A DNA stretch of 64,000 bases from the human T2T-CHM13v2.0 reference genome, Homo sapiens. Shown piece by piece: positions 14,129 through 29,840 of the stretch. The stretch lies in assembly GCF_009914755.1 (NCBI RefSeq), contig NC_060936.1. One strand, 5' to 3'. The position numbers were made by a program, and so were the translations under genes. Within the stretch, counting starts at the first letter, position 1. The number at the start of each line of letters is the position of its first letter. The notes beneath the pieces were generated by a model. It was not told the DNA's origin. It did no database searches and worked only from the letters and a program-made list of their open reading frames with translations.

Positions 14129-15309
14129 ATGAATTTTAAAGAAAAAATAGGAAAAGGGGGGAAAAAACAAAAAAAAAAAGTGAGATTATGACTAGCTGGA
14201 AAACACAAAGAACTAGCATTTAGAGTATAAATTCCTAAAGGGCTAGAACTTTCCATGAAGAGATACCATTTTTCTTGCTCAAATTTTAGAAAACAAATGG
14301 GGAGAAAAATGATTGCCTATTAGAAGTTTAGTAAACAGAGACAGAACTTCCAGAAGTAACATCCACATGTTCTTTCCCTGACTCCCAGAATCCAGAGACC
14401 CATGAATAACCAACCATACTGAAAATGGAGGCAAAATGATGAGCTCGTATGAGAAATCTCATTGCCTTCCATCACATTCTCAAAGCAACCTCTGACTCCC
14501 AGATAGTTGGGAAACTCTGTCTTATATCTTCAAAGTTGGATGAAAGGAGATATTTCAAATGATGGATCACAAGACACACAAGGAAATATGTAGTTTCATA
14601 GACTTCTCTAGGCTGGCCTAGCTCACTACTCTGTGCCTGGCACATAGTAGGCACGAAATGAATGAATGAATGAAGAAATGAGATACAAAGATTACCCACA
14701 CAAAACGATGGATGTGCCAGGTATCCAGATTTTATGTTAAATCTCAGTTACCCACAAAATCCACTTTCTTTAAACACCCAGTCTCCTGAACATACCAATT
14801 AATATTATAATGTTTGAAGTGTTCTTTTCACGGAAGCTGCAGAGATGGAAGTTCTGACAATCTATCCAATGTCAGAGGCAAAGAAGGACCAACAGGTTGG
14901 AATCGTGCAGAGTAAATATTTAAACATGGGTAGTTCAATAGCTGTTAAATAGGTTCAGTAACAGGCTCATTTTTAAACGTCAATACTCTTACTAATGGTA
15001 ATGCACTAGCCTTCAATAGAAGGGAGGCAACTGAGTTGAAGTCATTTTTAATCAGAAGTCAACAGGAACTAGTGTCTCAGACAAGCCCCCACCACCCATC
15101 CACTAAATTGGTAAAAACAAAACAACAAATGAAATACAGTTTTCTATTTCCCAGAAGCCAAGCCTTCATGGATTGCTGAAGTTGATGAGGTCCACGGATT
15201 TTACCTGGGCAGGGTGAGGATAAGGAATGACTGGGGAAAGACAAGTAAGGCAAGGGAATAGGGAATCTGAGTTTTCTCTCGGATTGTTTTTGTTAAGGGG
15301 AACTGTTAA

Positions 15310-16245
<936 letters not shown>

Positions 16246-16749
16246 CTCTCTCAGATTATTTAAACAAGCAAAGACTTGGCTTTTTAACCTGGCTGCAGGT
16301 AGTAGCTGTGAAGCCTTGAGTAAGGAAGTTAACCACCTGAGCGTGGTGAATGCCATGTGCCCTCCCAGCCCCCAGCTCCCTGAGTCTTATGTTTCTATTT
16401 CACTTTCCTATTTCAGTGCAAGTAGTCAGACTTACAGCTGTCAGCACCTGGACTCTTCAGCCTGAGGTTTTTTTCTGCCTGTGCACAGGCCATGGAAGAA
16501 GTGGCCTGAATCAGTGCTTCCACCCAGTGGCCCTCAATCATTGACGGACAGGAACTGGCCTCTTCTCTGCAGTGCCTGCTCTGCACTGACTCTCAGTGTT
16601 CCTGGGGAGGATTGAGCCCCTGTTTCCTGCAGAGGTGACCTGCTCACTTCCCACCCAGTGCTCCAGGATTAACTCCCAAATAAAGCACTTTCACCTGATA
16701 TCTTGTCTCAGGTCAGGGCATCACTCTGGGACCCCCAAAAAAGACTGGA

Positions 16750-16900
16750 AGTGTCTGTCTCTCTATCTGCAAAATGAGGACAGTAATAGCACCTACCTTA
16801 GAGGCCCGATGTATAAATTAAATGTGATAACCTTATGAAGCATTGCACCATGCCTGGCACTAACCAGGAACTCAATAAGTATCAGCTATGGTCATTATTA
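16750..16900 (+). mobile_element. MIR 3' part
   Basis: atctgcaaaatgaggacagtaatagcacctacc...tgcctggcac. Confidence 0.7.
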
Positions 16901-17012
16901 ATCCCATACATCAAAATAAGCATCCTTCAACTTACTAAAAAGATGGTAGGCTTTTATTTTCTTCTTTCTGCCTTTCTATGTTCATGACATTTTGAAAATA
17001 AGCAGCTCTTGG

Positions 17013-17347
<335 letters not shown>

Positions 17348-17369
17348 GAAAATAAGCAGCTCTTGGAGG

Positions 17370-17585
17370 CAGCAGGGCATTGTAGAACCCAGACCCATCC
17401 AGGTCCAGATGACAGCCCTGTCCACCGTTAGTCATAGTGTCAGTGGACTACTCTGTGCCTCAGTTTCCTCATATGTAAAATAGGAGGAAAGAGCATTTTC
17501 CTCCTAGGTTTTCAGGACATTCAAATGAGAAGTGTTCAGCACAGTGGCTGGCACATAATAAGAGATGAATAAACATTAGCTGTTG
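17370..17585 (+). mobile_element. MIR SINE relic
   Basis: ctctgtgcctcagtttcctcatatgtaaaatagg...tggcacataata. Confidence 0.75.
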
Positions 17586-17632
17586 TAAAGAAAAGGGAAT
17601 TAATAAATATAAGAGAGACATATAGATAGGTA

Positions 17633-17967
17633 AGCTGGGTGCAGTGGCTCACACCTGTAATCCCAACACTTTGGGAGGCCAAGGTAGGAGGATTGCTTAA
17701 GCTCAGGAGTTCGAGACCAAGCTGGACAACATAGCAAGACCTCGTTTCTACTAAAAATTTTTTAAAAAAGAAAATTAGCTGGGCATGGTGGTGAGCATCT
17801 ATGATTTCAGCTATGTGGGAGGCTGAGGTGGGAGGATCACTTGAGCCCAGGAAGTCAAGGCTGCAGGGAGCTGTGATCAAACCACTGCACTCCAGCCTGA
17901 GCAACAGAGTGAGATCCTGTCTCAAAAATACATACATACATACATACAAACATACACACATAAAAAA
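17633..17967 (+). mobile_element. AluJ with (TACA)n tail
   Basis: ggaggatcacttgagcccagg AluJ signature. Confidence 0.94.
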
Positions 17968-18619
17968 GTTTAAAAAGATAGATGACAGATGGATGGATAG
18001 ATAGATACTATTTGTATTAGATGCACATATAGAATATTTCCTGGATCAGGATTAAAATTTGTTAAATAAGCTTCCTATAAAGAATTAGACAAATTAAGAT
18101 TCCAAGGAGTTGGGATTTTTTAGAGTTTACTAACTTTGCTTTAGAAAAAAGACTGAAATAGTTTCTCAAAACAACATATATTAGTAATGAGCAAAAGGAA
18201 ATGGCTAGAAATAAACATTTTCAATATGACCTATTTAAAGCAAAAGATATAGCAGATGTGAAATAGAAACATTGGCTTAAATACAGGAGTGGGGTGGGGT
18301 AAACACAGAGGGGGAGAGAAGGAGAGAGAGAGAAAAAAACATTTGATCTTGTAGTTTTAGCTCCTATAGAAACCCTAATAAAGGAAAATTGGACCCAAAT
18401 TGCACACAGGTGTATAGTAGAAAGATGACTTCAGAGAATCAAATCAAGGAAATGATGGCAATGGCCACAGACTTTAATCTGCAGATTACTCTGGAATTGA
18501 TTGCTTTCCTTCAAAATGACAACTCATCCATTCTTCTGTCTATTCAGGCATTCATTCACTGCCCAGGCTGCAACCATCTACACCCCAAGTATAACAACAA
18601 TGATACAACACCAGCAGTA

Positions 18620-18880
18620 GTGGGTAACATTTTATTGAGCCCTTACTGTGGACCAAATAGATTATCTTAAGTCCTTTACTTGTTATTAACCAATTTCATT
18701 CTCACAACAACCTACAAAGGGTGTGCTGGCATCCTCATTGCACGGTTGAGGAAACCGAGGTACAGAGAGCTAAGTGACTTGTCCAAGATCACACAGCTAA
18801 GAAGTGGGAGAAGCAGGATGTGAACTCAGGCACGTTGGCTCTAGATCCCCTTCCTCCACCCTCCTTGACCAGTGTGCTCT
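18620..18880 (-). mobile_element. MIR SINE relic
   Basis: ttctcacaacaacc...gaggaaaccgagg...aagtgacttgtccaagatcacacagct. Confidence 0.8.
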
Positions 18881-19109
18881 ATGCCTCTAGGCCCCTGGCA
18901 TGTATTTGACATTAGTAATATTCTACCCTGCCCCCTACATTGGTCCTCCCCCAACACTTCCTCTACACAAGTATTTCTAATTGAGTGCTACACTCTTCAC
19001 AGTTTTCGGATGAATTCTCTGAATCCTTCTTAACACAACACTCCATGTAACCATCATCAATTAATTAGAATTGGCACGGTGATAAAGCCAGTTTGACAAC
19101 TGAACCAGT

Positions 19110-19490
19110 TGTGACTGTTTGATTGCAAGCAACAGTAGCTGACTCTGGTAGCATAAGCCAAAAGGGACTCCACTAAAAGGATATGGGAGAACTTCAAGGA
19201 CTAAGGTTTAGCAACTAGGAATTTCTCCTGGAGCTCTTGAAAGCAGGTACCTACTAGGCTGGCAGATTTGTCTGGACACTCCCGCTGAAGTTGATGTGTT
19301 CTAAGTCTATTTTTTTGTCTTACCCTTGGATCTTTTTGCTGAAGATTTTAATTTCCAAGAGAGTGTCTCTTGGTTTCACACAGACTCTCTGCCCACTGGA
19401 AGAACAGGGAATGAAGTTGGGTGAGTTGCCCATAAAGGAAACTGAGGGACTACATTAAGGAGAAAAAATATTCTGGGTAGCCCAAAACAC
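19110..19490 (-). mobile_element. Old MLT1-type LTR relic
   Basis: ttgcaagcaacagtagctgactctgg...aagccaaaaggg resembles the MLT1J/K/L terminus. Confidence 0.45.
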
Positions 19491-20489
19491 CACCACCAGC
19501 AGCAGCACCAAATATACACTGCACTAGACCTGATCTGCCCAATTAACCAGGCCCATGAATTCTAACAGAGCCACAAACTGCAGAACAGGTTAATTGGTTG
19601 GACTGTAAGCCATCACTAAAACAGTTTTGCTGATGATTATAAATCGAGGTTGGGTGTCTTCACTTGGGGAACTAACTCATCAACCAGGGAAAGATCTGGC
19701 AACCTCCAGGATGAGCCTTTGAAAGTCTCTGATGAAATCAGCTTGTTGATTAACGCAATTAGCACCATTAGGAAAGGAAGTTGTTAACCTAAATCAATTA
19801 TCCACAGACATCTATCATGCTAAGTGTTCCTTCTTTGTCTTAAGCATATTGCACTGCTTGGTGTTTCAGTGGTGATGACCATTAAAAATAAATGATTATT
19901 GTTGATTTTCTATTGATATAGCTATTAATGTATTGGTGCCTGTGTGTATAGGCCGCTTACGTGTAGTGTACAGAAAATAGATGTACTAACAATAGGAAGT
20001 AAGTATTGACTCCCATTTCTCAGTTCAGGAGGTAAATATTGACCAACGAAAAGCAGCTACTAGCTTATGATGAGCTAAAAGGGAAAAGGTTCATCTCAGC
20101 TCGATTTTTCTTTAATTACTTCTATCATTCATCATCTGTAGTGCCGAGGTTCAGCTGGAAGGATGTAATTCTTTATCTTTGCTTTGGTATCTAATTCAGT
20201 CTCCTCAATCATGGTCCCAAAGTACTTTCTACCAGTCAGTTTCCACCTATGTGAAAACTCTTGTTCCTCTTGCCTTTTCTAAACATTTCCATCACTTTGG
20301 ACTAGCAAACTTAAATCCTCTCTATCCATCTTCCACACTAACCATGATCACATTTTCTTAAACCCAGCCCGAAATGCATAGAACAATTGTCCATGATAAT
20401 AATAGATAACATCTATTGCTTTCCTTTTACCACCCAGTCCTTTGCATAAATCTCTAATGATCATCTCCATCTTACAGAATGATAATAAA

Positions 20490-20670
20490 AATAATGATAG
20501 CTATTGCTTATGCATTTAAACACTTTGCACATATGAACTAATTTAAAGTCCCAACTAGCTCTGAGGTGACATTATTATGACAATTTTACTGATGAGGAAA
20601 TACTGAGACAGAGAAAATAAAAATTCTACACAGCCAGTAAATAATAGCATAACCCATTAATTCTGACTAT
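20490..20670 (-). mobile_element. MIR SINE relic
   Basis: attttactgatgaggaaatactgagacagaga. Confidence 0.6.
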
Positions 20671-20776
20671 AATTTTCCCCCCATTCATCCATGCTTCTCT
20701 GTATGTATTTACTTAAGTTTTGTAGCAGGAGCCAGGTTTCAGGAGTATATTTTTGTTGTCATAGATCTTTGCCCTG

Positions 20777-20806
20777 GTGTGTGTGTGTGCGTGCATGTGT
20801 GTGTGT
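20777..20806. repeat. Imperfect (TG)n microsatellite
   Basis: Seen directly. Confidence 0.85.
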
Positions 20807-21861
20807 CTCCACTCCACCCCCCAAAGAGGGAACTGAAATTCAACAAGTTCAAGTAATTTACTAAAGTGTACACAGCCAATAAAATGAATCAAGAGACTTA
20901 AGCCAGCCTCTGTCCCCAGACTTTCCTTCTTTGGGCGAGATAGAATCTGAAAAGTTCAATCTTGTAAGAGAAACACAGTCAGGGTTTTTAAGCCTTTTGT
21001 TTTCAGATTTCTCCACTGCAGCAGTGCCTGGAATGAGCACTACAGGAACAGAGACAACGTATAATGCTTTATACTCCCATCGGGGCCTGCAATTTGATTG
21101 CCACATCCAGAAATATCTGCTTGATCGATGGGAGTGACTGGATTTAACAGAGCAAGTAAGGCTCTGCAGGGAAAGAAAGGACTGTTGCTGGGGGCAACAA
21201 AGGAGAATTAATATGAAGAAAATCACAACGCAAAAGAGAAAGAGCGATTGTTCCAAGCATCTTGCCTGATGGTGCCCGAGAAGGTCAGACTTTTACGGAG
21301 TCATCAAAAGGTTTAAACACAGCAAACCAGAAAGGCAAGCTGGACTTCCCCTTGGGAGCTGAATTGTCAAGAACTTATTTCAAAATGCTTTAGACTTTCT
21401 GCTAAGATAACACTTCTTCAGCTGGTTAATTAAAACTGGGTGTCAGCAGTGCTTCTAAGTCACCCGGAGAGATGTCAGCTTCGGGGCACACTGGGCTGAG
21501 GAAAGCTCACAGGTTTTGATCTTCAGGGAATTGCTTAAGGGTCAGGGCACCTCCTTGTAAAAGAAGCTAGAGAAGAGCAGAGAGGAGGGGGGCGAGGAGG
21601 ATGAACTGGGAAATTCCAGTAGTGGAAGAGGGGAGGCCATTGAGATGTGGACTCAGGATGGATTTATTTCTTTAATTTTTCTAGAATGACACCCTGGTTT
21701 CCCTGGAAAGACTGAACTTCAAAAATAAAAGTTCCTTCTCACTTTTGTTCATTGTTCCTGTTAAGAGTTCGTGAAAGATAATTACTACACTACATGATGA
21801 AAATCCCAGGTCACCAGGTACCACTTCATATCAGGAGTAACTTAGATGATTGACAAGCTGA

Positions 21862-22322
21862 TGTAGTCGGCTGCATCATACCCTCCCTCCTCCTCCAACC
21901 CCCAAGATGTCCACTTCCTAATCCCCAGAATCCCTGGCACTGGTAACTGTGTGACCTTATGTGGCAAAAGGGACTTTGCAGATGTGATAAATTTGAGGAT
22001 CTTGAGACAGGAGATGATCCTGAATTATCTAGGCAGGACCAATTCCATTATAAAGGCCTTTATAAGAGAGAGGCAGGAGGGTCAGGAAGAGGAGATGCAA
22101 TGACAGAAGCAGAGAAGAAAGTGATGCGGGGCCACAAGCTAAGGAACACAGGTGGCTCCTAGAAGCTGGGAAAGACAGGGTACCTGTTTCTCCCTAGAAC
22201 CTCCGGAAAACCTCACCTTGATTTTAGCCCCATAAGACTTACTTTGGACTTCTGATCTCTCCAACTGTACAAGCCACTAAACTTGCAATAATTTGTTATT
22301 ACAGCAAAAGGAAACTAATAGA
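21862..22322 (+). mobile_element. MLT1 (C/D-like) solo LTR
   Basis: gtgaccttatgtggcaaaagggactttgcagatgtga...cagcaaaaggaaactaata. Confidence 0.85.
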
Positions 22323-22729
22323 ATTAGCTCATATATTGCCTTACTCCGGAAAGGTCTTCGAGTCACTTTCAATGCTATGTAAAATGCAACAAAAATAGCC
22401 CAAAGTAAAATGGGGTTAGACAACTTTTTTCCCTGAAACTATTATCAATGGCGAGGGCATAAAACAGCAGAAAAGGAGGCTGAGATCCCTCACATGTTCT
22501 GTTGATTTGCCAGGATGGACCATGCATCTGCCCCTCAGCTTCCTGCCAGCCAATGTGAAAAGAGGAATTAGAAAGTTGTGTGGTTCCAAATAGCTGCACA
22601 AAACCAAGCCAGTTGCTCAGAAGAATAGCTATTCTTCACACTAAAGCTAGAAATCTTCATTTCTTGGGGTTCTCCTCAATGTTCTCCTTGTGTGTGATGA
22701 GATGAAACAGAAGTCACCTGATCATTCAT

Positions 22730-23100
22730 TTCCTTCACACCATTTCTTAGAAGAGCTCTATGGTCTAGGTGCTGAGACACAGAGATGAAGGGCAGTTGCA
22801 GGAATAAAGTTATTGTGGTATTCAGGGAAAAGCAAAATAATAAGTACAGTGCTGTAACATGAGGGTGATAAACTTGGAGAGGAAGGAGGAAGCCCAGAAG
22901 AAGTTTAGATGGGGCAGTGAGAACCAACTTGGATAGAGCAGGTGGTTCACAGATGGACATTGGACAGGAAAAAATAGATCCAAACCACATAATGGAAAGC
23001 CTTGAATCCCAGGATAAGACACATAGACTTTACGCCAAAGTTAACAAGGAGCCATGGAAGGTTATTGAGCAGGATAGTGACATGATGGAGGAAGATTTGG
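22730..23100 (-). mobile_element. L2 fragment(s)
   Basis: cattcatt...ggagccatggaaggttattgagcaggatagtgacatgat. Confidence 0.6.
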
Positions 23101-23153
23101 GGGACTCTTTGGGCAAGTGTTGTAAAATAAATTCTCTACGTTATTATTGGTCC
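22922..23153 (+). repeat. ~235 bp direct duplicate of 29488-29722
   Basis: Collinear, roughly 80% identical by eye, with a 22 bp exact block tccaaaccacataatggaaagc. Confidence 0.85.
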
Positions 23154-23459
23154 AGAAGAAGCATCAAACCCAGCCTAGGCACAGAGAGAAAATCATTCCC
23201 AAGTGCTGCGCAGGTTGAGTCTTGAAGGCTGGAGAGGAGTAACCAAGCAGAGAAGGGATGAATATGTGTGTGGAGGTTGTATGGGAGACAGTTAAAGTCA
23301 CGGTGGAAAAAAAATAATGTGAAATAAATACAGATATCTGGGAGCCAGGGGAAGCCCAGCACCAGTCATGAGTTATGCAGACCAGCCTCAAAGATGCCCG
23401 TCTTTGCCCTCCCCCGTTGAAGCAGCAATCATGGATAAGAAAAGATTTCCACAACCAAC

Positions 23460-24080
23460 ATTAATTCATTCATTGATTCATTCATTTATTTATTCAGTAA
23501 ATATTTATTCAGGACTTACTGTGTACCAGGCACTGTGAACACAACAAGGAGCAGACAACACCTTTTGCCTTTATGGAGACTAGATTTGAGGAAAGAAAGA
23601 CCGTAAGTTCACAAATAAATAATGATATGATACATCAGGTGTTGATAAATGCTACATAATATACAAAGCCCAGAACGGAAAAGGACAAAAATCCACAATG
23701 GCAGTGATGCTTGGGTAGAGTTGGGGTCAGGAAAGCAGATGGGATTAGAGCAGAGAGCAGAAACAGCTCTAACAGCTATGATGTGTTTCAGCTCTTCAGT
23801 TGAGTGATAGACTCAAAGGTGTGATTTTATTATTGGGTCTTTCTAACTTAACGAGATGCTACATGTATTCTTTTGGATGTGTCAAATATTAACTGGCTTA
23901 AACAATTTAGAGGGCTAGGGGCTGCTATTTTTTTTTATTGTGGCGGTCTGGGAAAACATCTGTAAGGAGCTGGTATCTAGCAGAGATGTGAAAGAAATGA
24001 GAGAGTGAACTCTAGCTGTGGGAACAGCATCCAGGTAGCAGGAACAGCAGCTGGGAAGGTCCTAAATTCCTGGAGTGTTT
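23460..24080 (-). mobile_element. L2 relic, probably interrupted by an old L1M piece
   Basis: ttcattcatttatt...ttactgtgtaccaggcactgtg...ggaacagcatccaggtagcaggaacagc. Confidence 0.65.
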
Positions 24081-25064
24081 GCAGGATCAATCATAGGAGA
24101 AAACCTTGGAAGCACAGAGCTACCTAGAACCTCTTTTTGATGGCTAAGGCTGTTATTCATATTTTATATCATTCTCCTCCTGTCCAGGGACTTCGAAAGA
24201 GATAAAAGTCATTAATGCATACATTCATTTATTCATTATCATTTGTTAAACACTTACTGTTTGCTTACCAGTGGAGATAAAAATAACAGTGAAAATAAGG
24301 TCCATACCTTTAAGGAGCTTATCATCTGTTGAGGGAATCGAGAGGAAGAAATTGAGGAAGGTAGAAAAAGCCCTGAGCATTTTCCGTGTTCAGCTCGCCC
24401 CTTCCTAGGATTCCCACCCATGAAGAACTTGATGGGTTCTTCGTGGAACCTCAGTTAGCATGACAGGGTGCTGATTCCTGGTTGAGAACACCCTCCCAGG
24501 TCAGGAAGTTCGCTCTGGGCCCAACAATTAGAGGTGGCGACGCTGATGTTCCACAGCGGGTGGCTTCCCCGCCCTGTATGGAGCCACAGTTGTGCACAAA
24601 CAGAGGTCAGGTGTGGGGCAGCTCTTGCATGCACTTGATAGCTTTTCCAGCCAGTGTAGGTCCAGAAAGTGCCAGACTCCACATCAACTATTTGCACCAA
24701 AGATTTGCCTAAACACCTGCTTCATGTAGCAACAGGCAGGGTCATGTTTAGGACATTCCCCTCAATCTGTAAATTCCCAAGAAAATTTGCACATCCCTCC
24801 CAATTCTCTGTTCACAAACGACTACTAGGAAAATCAATAGAGAATGAGGTAAGGGAAGCACTTTGTACAAAATGGAAAATTCTGTATTTCCAGTGTAAAC
24901 CTTTCCCTAGTACTTACAGCATTAGGGAAGTTTGCAATAACAATAATAACCTCAACTTTCTTTGGTTACTCTTCCTCCTTGCTCAAGCAAGAGCTTAGTT
25001 GACTGAGCTCTCTCCACCCCAGGTTTTTCTGAGAGTCCACCAGCAGTGTACCACATGTGTGTAT

Positions 25065-25655
25065 AAACAGATTAGCTAGTTCCTCAAAAAGTTAAATGTA
25101 GAATTACCATATGACCCTGCAACCCTGATGTGTATCCCCAAAAGAGTGAAAACAGATACTCAAACAAATGCTTGTACATAAATGTTCATAACAACATTAT
25201 TCATAATAGCAGATAGGTGACAACAACTCACATGCCCATCACTGGAAGAAAAGATAAAATATGGTCTATAAATACAATGACATATTATTCATTCATAAAA
25301 AGGAGGGAAGTACTGATAATGCTACAAGGTGGATGAATCCGGAAACTTTACGCTAAGCGAAAGAAGCCAGTTACAAAAAAGTCACATATTGTATGATCCC
25401 ATTTTTATGAAATTTCCAGAATGGACCAATCCATAAGGATATAAAATAGACTGGTGGTTGCCAAGGGCAGGGAGCAGGAGGGAATGGGAGTGGCTGCTTC
25501 ATGGGTGCAGGATTTTCCTTTGGGGTGATGAAAGTGTTTTGGAACAAGATAGAGATGACAATTGCACAACGGTGTAAATATACCAAGTGCCACTAAATTA
25601 TTCGCTTTAAGATGGTTTAATTTATGGTATGTGAGTTTCACCTCCATTTTTTAAA
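25065..25655 (+). mobile_element. L1MB-like 3' fragment
   Basis: ttcctcaaaaagttaaatgtagaattaccatatgaccc...tttggggtgatgaaagtgttttggaac...ttttatggtatgtga. Confidence 0.85.
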
Positions 25656-26499
25656 AGTCAGCTTATTTGGCTGCTATAACTAGCCCACACTTTCTCACGG
25701 GGTACTTTAGTCTTCCATTAACCACTTTCAGAGAACCACTGGGTACTGATGGTTGACTGGGTGCAAGCATCCAACATGTGTATTAGATGCAACTTTATTT
25801 TGCCGGCATCCATGGGGTCCCATCATTTTTTGTTGGATAACCTGCACAGCTAAAAATCTGGAATCCCGAAGACCAAAGTTTTATGCTCCCTTTATTCGGC
25901 ACCCTTTTAGAGGATGTCTTCTTTCTTGCAGTGTTTTAGTGAAACCTTTGGATTTGATTCCAAGCAGAATGCAAGCAGGCACTGCTTGGAAACAGTAAGA
26001 TCAGTAAAGTAGATGATACATTTTTAGGTTCCACACCAAACCCACACCAGAGTCCTTTCAACTTAGAACCTGGTAAAAAGGATTAGCTGTTTGTCATCCG
26101 CAAGGCCACACGAAAGCTACTCTGTCTGTTAAAAGACACCTGTATGCACACCCTGGTCCAAGGACCCTATACTCTCTGCCCTTTGATAAAACCAGATCCG
26201 CTTATATGGATGTTTGGCAAGGGAATAACAAACACCTGCTAAGAGAATAAGAGAGGTTTACTGGGGGGGAGGGGAGTGAGGCTAGACACGAGCACTTTGC
26301 ATTGTATATCATCTGCATGGCTGATAGAGAATGAATTATTTCTTTCCAATTCGGCGCCATCATCCATCACAGTCAATTTTCAGCTCATCTGGAAGGTTTC
26401 AAGAAGCCCAGAATGGGATCAGTGCTACAAAACAGTCACAGCAGCTAGCCTTCTAAATGGATTACAGTGAATAAAAATATAAAAATAGTTCCCAGTTTA

Positions 26500-26710
26500 G
26501 AGGAATTTACTCTGCTACACCCTACACTCAAATTTCCTCATTTAATCCTCACAACAAACCTATGATGTAGGAAATTTAACTGTTTCCATTTTGCAGATGA
26601 GAAAACCAAGGCTCTGAGAGGTCAAAGGAAGGGTCTGTGGTCACACAGGTAGAAAGTGGCAGGTCTAGGAAATGAACATAGATTGCATCAATGCCAGGTC
26701 CTGCAGCTCA
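26500..26710 (-). mobile_element. MIR SINE relic
   Basis: ctcatttaatcctcacaacaaacctatg...ccattttgcagatgagaaaac. Confidence 0.8.
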
Positions 26711-27119
26711 ATTGCGATGCTAATGGTACAAGCTCAGTAAGTTCTACACTTCTACCTACACTCTCTCAGCCTGAAATTCACTTTGTTTTTAGTGGTGAAC
26801 CGAAAGTGCATCAGAAAAGGGAATTGCTCCCTTGGGGTCTTTTGTCTTTTCCGTCTTTCTTAGACTTATTCTCATAGCTAAGCATAAAGGTGACTTAGAA
26901 GACACATGATAGAGACTTGGAGACAAAGGAAAATATACGTTTTCAGTGTATTGAACTTGGTTCTTCCCAGTAGCACTAGTTCATCCCGAAAGTCCTGGCA
27001 TTTGCAGGCAAAGGGAATCCACTGGAGAGAAGAAGTGAGCATGTAAGGCTGAGAGAAAGAGGCAGGCTTCCTCTTCCCTGGGTTAACTGCCCGGGACCTA
27101 TTGGAGAGGTTGGGAGCAA

Positions 27120-27330
27120 GGAATATTTGTTCATTCTATAAATATTCATCCGTGCCTCCTCTGGCCTGGCCCTCTGCCATGTGCCAAGGTGTAACAACAA
27201 ATAAGAAAAGACACAGTCCCTACCTTCAGTGGACTGCACACTATTGGAAATGTAGATTAAATAACAATTGTAAATTCTGGCTGTGATGAGTGTTATGAAG
27301 AAAACATACAAGATGCCATAAGAACATTTA
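27120..27330 (-). mobile_element. L2 3' fragment
   Basis: atgtgccaagg...aataagaaaagacacagtccctacc. Confidence 0.6.
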
Positions 27331-27720
<390 letters not shown>

Positions 27721-27992
27721 GGTAGAAGCTTATCTCTTCAGCATTTAACAGAAGTTGAGAGATGGCAGATCAAGGCTGACATGGCAGGTGAGTGGGGACA
27801 TGGGGGACCCAAGACTCAATTTTTGCCCTACTTTCTGGCACATAATCTAGTCTCATGGCTGCCTCCTGGTTCAAAATGGCTGCTAGAGCGCCAGCCATCA
27901 CATTCAACTTGCAGCTTAAAGCAGAAGGAAAGGCAGAGGGGCAAAATAGGCTTCTCCCAGCCAGATCAACACCCCATAAACTGTCTTCCCAG

Positions 27993-28348
<356 letters not shown>

Positions 28349-28499
28349 TCATCGACCAGAGCTTAATTGCATGGCCGCAGCACAAGTAAAGTTGGACAAT
28401 GTAGTTGTTTATGCCTGGTGACCCTGTGCTCAGCTAAAAAGGGGGATTTCTGACACAGAAAGTTCAGAGTATTTGACAGTGCTTGGAATTTGGGGAAAG

Positions 28500-28700
28500 A
28501 AAACTTCAGTTCAAGCCCCTTCTATGTTACTTACCTTCTGTGTGAACTTAGGCAATTCCCTTAACCTCTCCAAACCAGTTTGCCCACCTGTGGAATGGGA
28601 TCAACAGTATTCACTTCACAGTGGTGCTGGAGTCTTAACTGAGAAATGTAATTTGAGTGTAAGAGCTTTGCAAAGTCTAAAGCCAAGTGTGTGTCGGAAG
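28500..28700 (+). mobile_element. MIR SINE relic
   Basis: tgtgtgaacttaggcaattcccttaacctctc. Confidence 0.65.
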
Positions 28701-29189
28701 AACCATTTTACTGCACAGAATATTTTCCCTTACTCATTTGATTCTCCAGTATCTGGCAAAACTAGAATATTTCCCGGGGGTTACTGTTCCAAGCTTTCTC
28801 TTCTAAAGATCCTGACAATGACCTTTCTGCTTAAAGGCTGTTCTTGGAGATAGAATTCAGGAACTTTCGACTGAGGCTTTGAATCATGATACTGGCATAG
28901 GGGTCAGGTAAGAGACATCCTACAAGAACAAGAGATAAGGCATACTTGTGAGGACATCAGAGGCCATAATCAATACCCCACATCACACTCAGAAGGAAAC
29001 CCCCCGGGGCCAAGAGGGGGTCTGGTGTGCTTGGAAGGCCAGGAAAATATCCATGGTGCCTGGCTGCTGGACGGAGTTTCAGGGAGGCAATTTCTCTTAG
29101 AGCTGTATGAAGAGAAGAATCAAAAGGAACCTGAGTTGTTAGGAAAGGTGCTTAGAGAGGGAGAAGGATTTTAGCTATAGCAAAACCAC

Positions 29190-29375
29190 TAACTGCTAAC
29201 TGTGAGCTTACTGTGCATGAGGCACCCTGCTTTGCTCTTAACATGTAATATTGTGCTGACTCCTGGATAGAGCACCTTGAGGATGTCATTTTATGTTCCC
29301 CCATTTACAGATGAAAAGTTTCATGTAGGTGGCAAAGTGGCTTGCCCAAGGTCATGCAGCTAGTAAGTGGTACAG
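29190..29375 (-). mobile_element. MIR SINE relic
   Basis: ccccatttacagatgaaa...aagtggcttgcccaaggtcatgcagctagtaagtgg. Confidence 0.75.
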
Positions 29376-29389
29376 ATAGGACAAGTTAT

Positions 29390-29840
29390 GATAGATAAGC
29401 AGGAACAGAAAACGCATTTCGTGTAACAGGGATCTATGAGCGAAAACCAAGAGGCTGAAAGTGCATGGTATAGTGAAGCCATGAAGAAACCAATTCAAAT
29501 AGATCAGGTGGTTCATGGAAGGGGATGGGATAGGAAAAAGTAAGTCCAAACCACATAATGGAAAGCATTGAATTCTGGGGTAAGATACTTAGACTTTACT
29601 CCAAAGGTAGCAAGAAGCCATGGGAGGTTATTGAGCAGGATTGTGACACAATAAAGGAAGACTTGGGGACATTTTTCCTGAGCAGGCTGTTTAAAATGGA
29701 TTCTCCAAGTTATTATTGGCCCCATTGAGCAGATGAGGAAACTGAGGTTACAAGAATTTCATGAGCTTTCTCAGGTCATAGAGCTAGGAAGTGGCAAGAG
29801 CAGATTTGAACCTCGGTTTTTTGTTTATCCCACTGCATGG
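29390..29840 (-). mobile_element. L2 fragment joined to a MIR fragment
   Basis: L2 gaagccatgggaggttattgagcagg; MIR cccattgagcagatgaggaaactgagg from ~29710. Confidence 0.7.

Noticed and set aside
20985-21070. Possible exon after the acceptor ttttgttttcAG (~21006)
   Set aside because: No convincing donor site and no supporting neighbouring exons; such acceptors occur by chance
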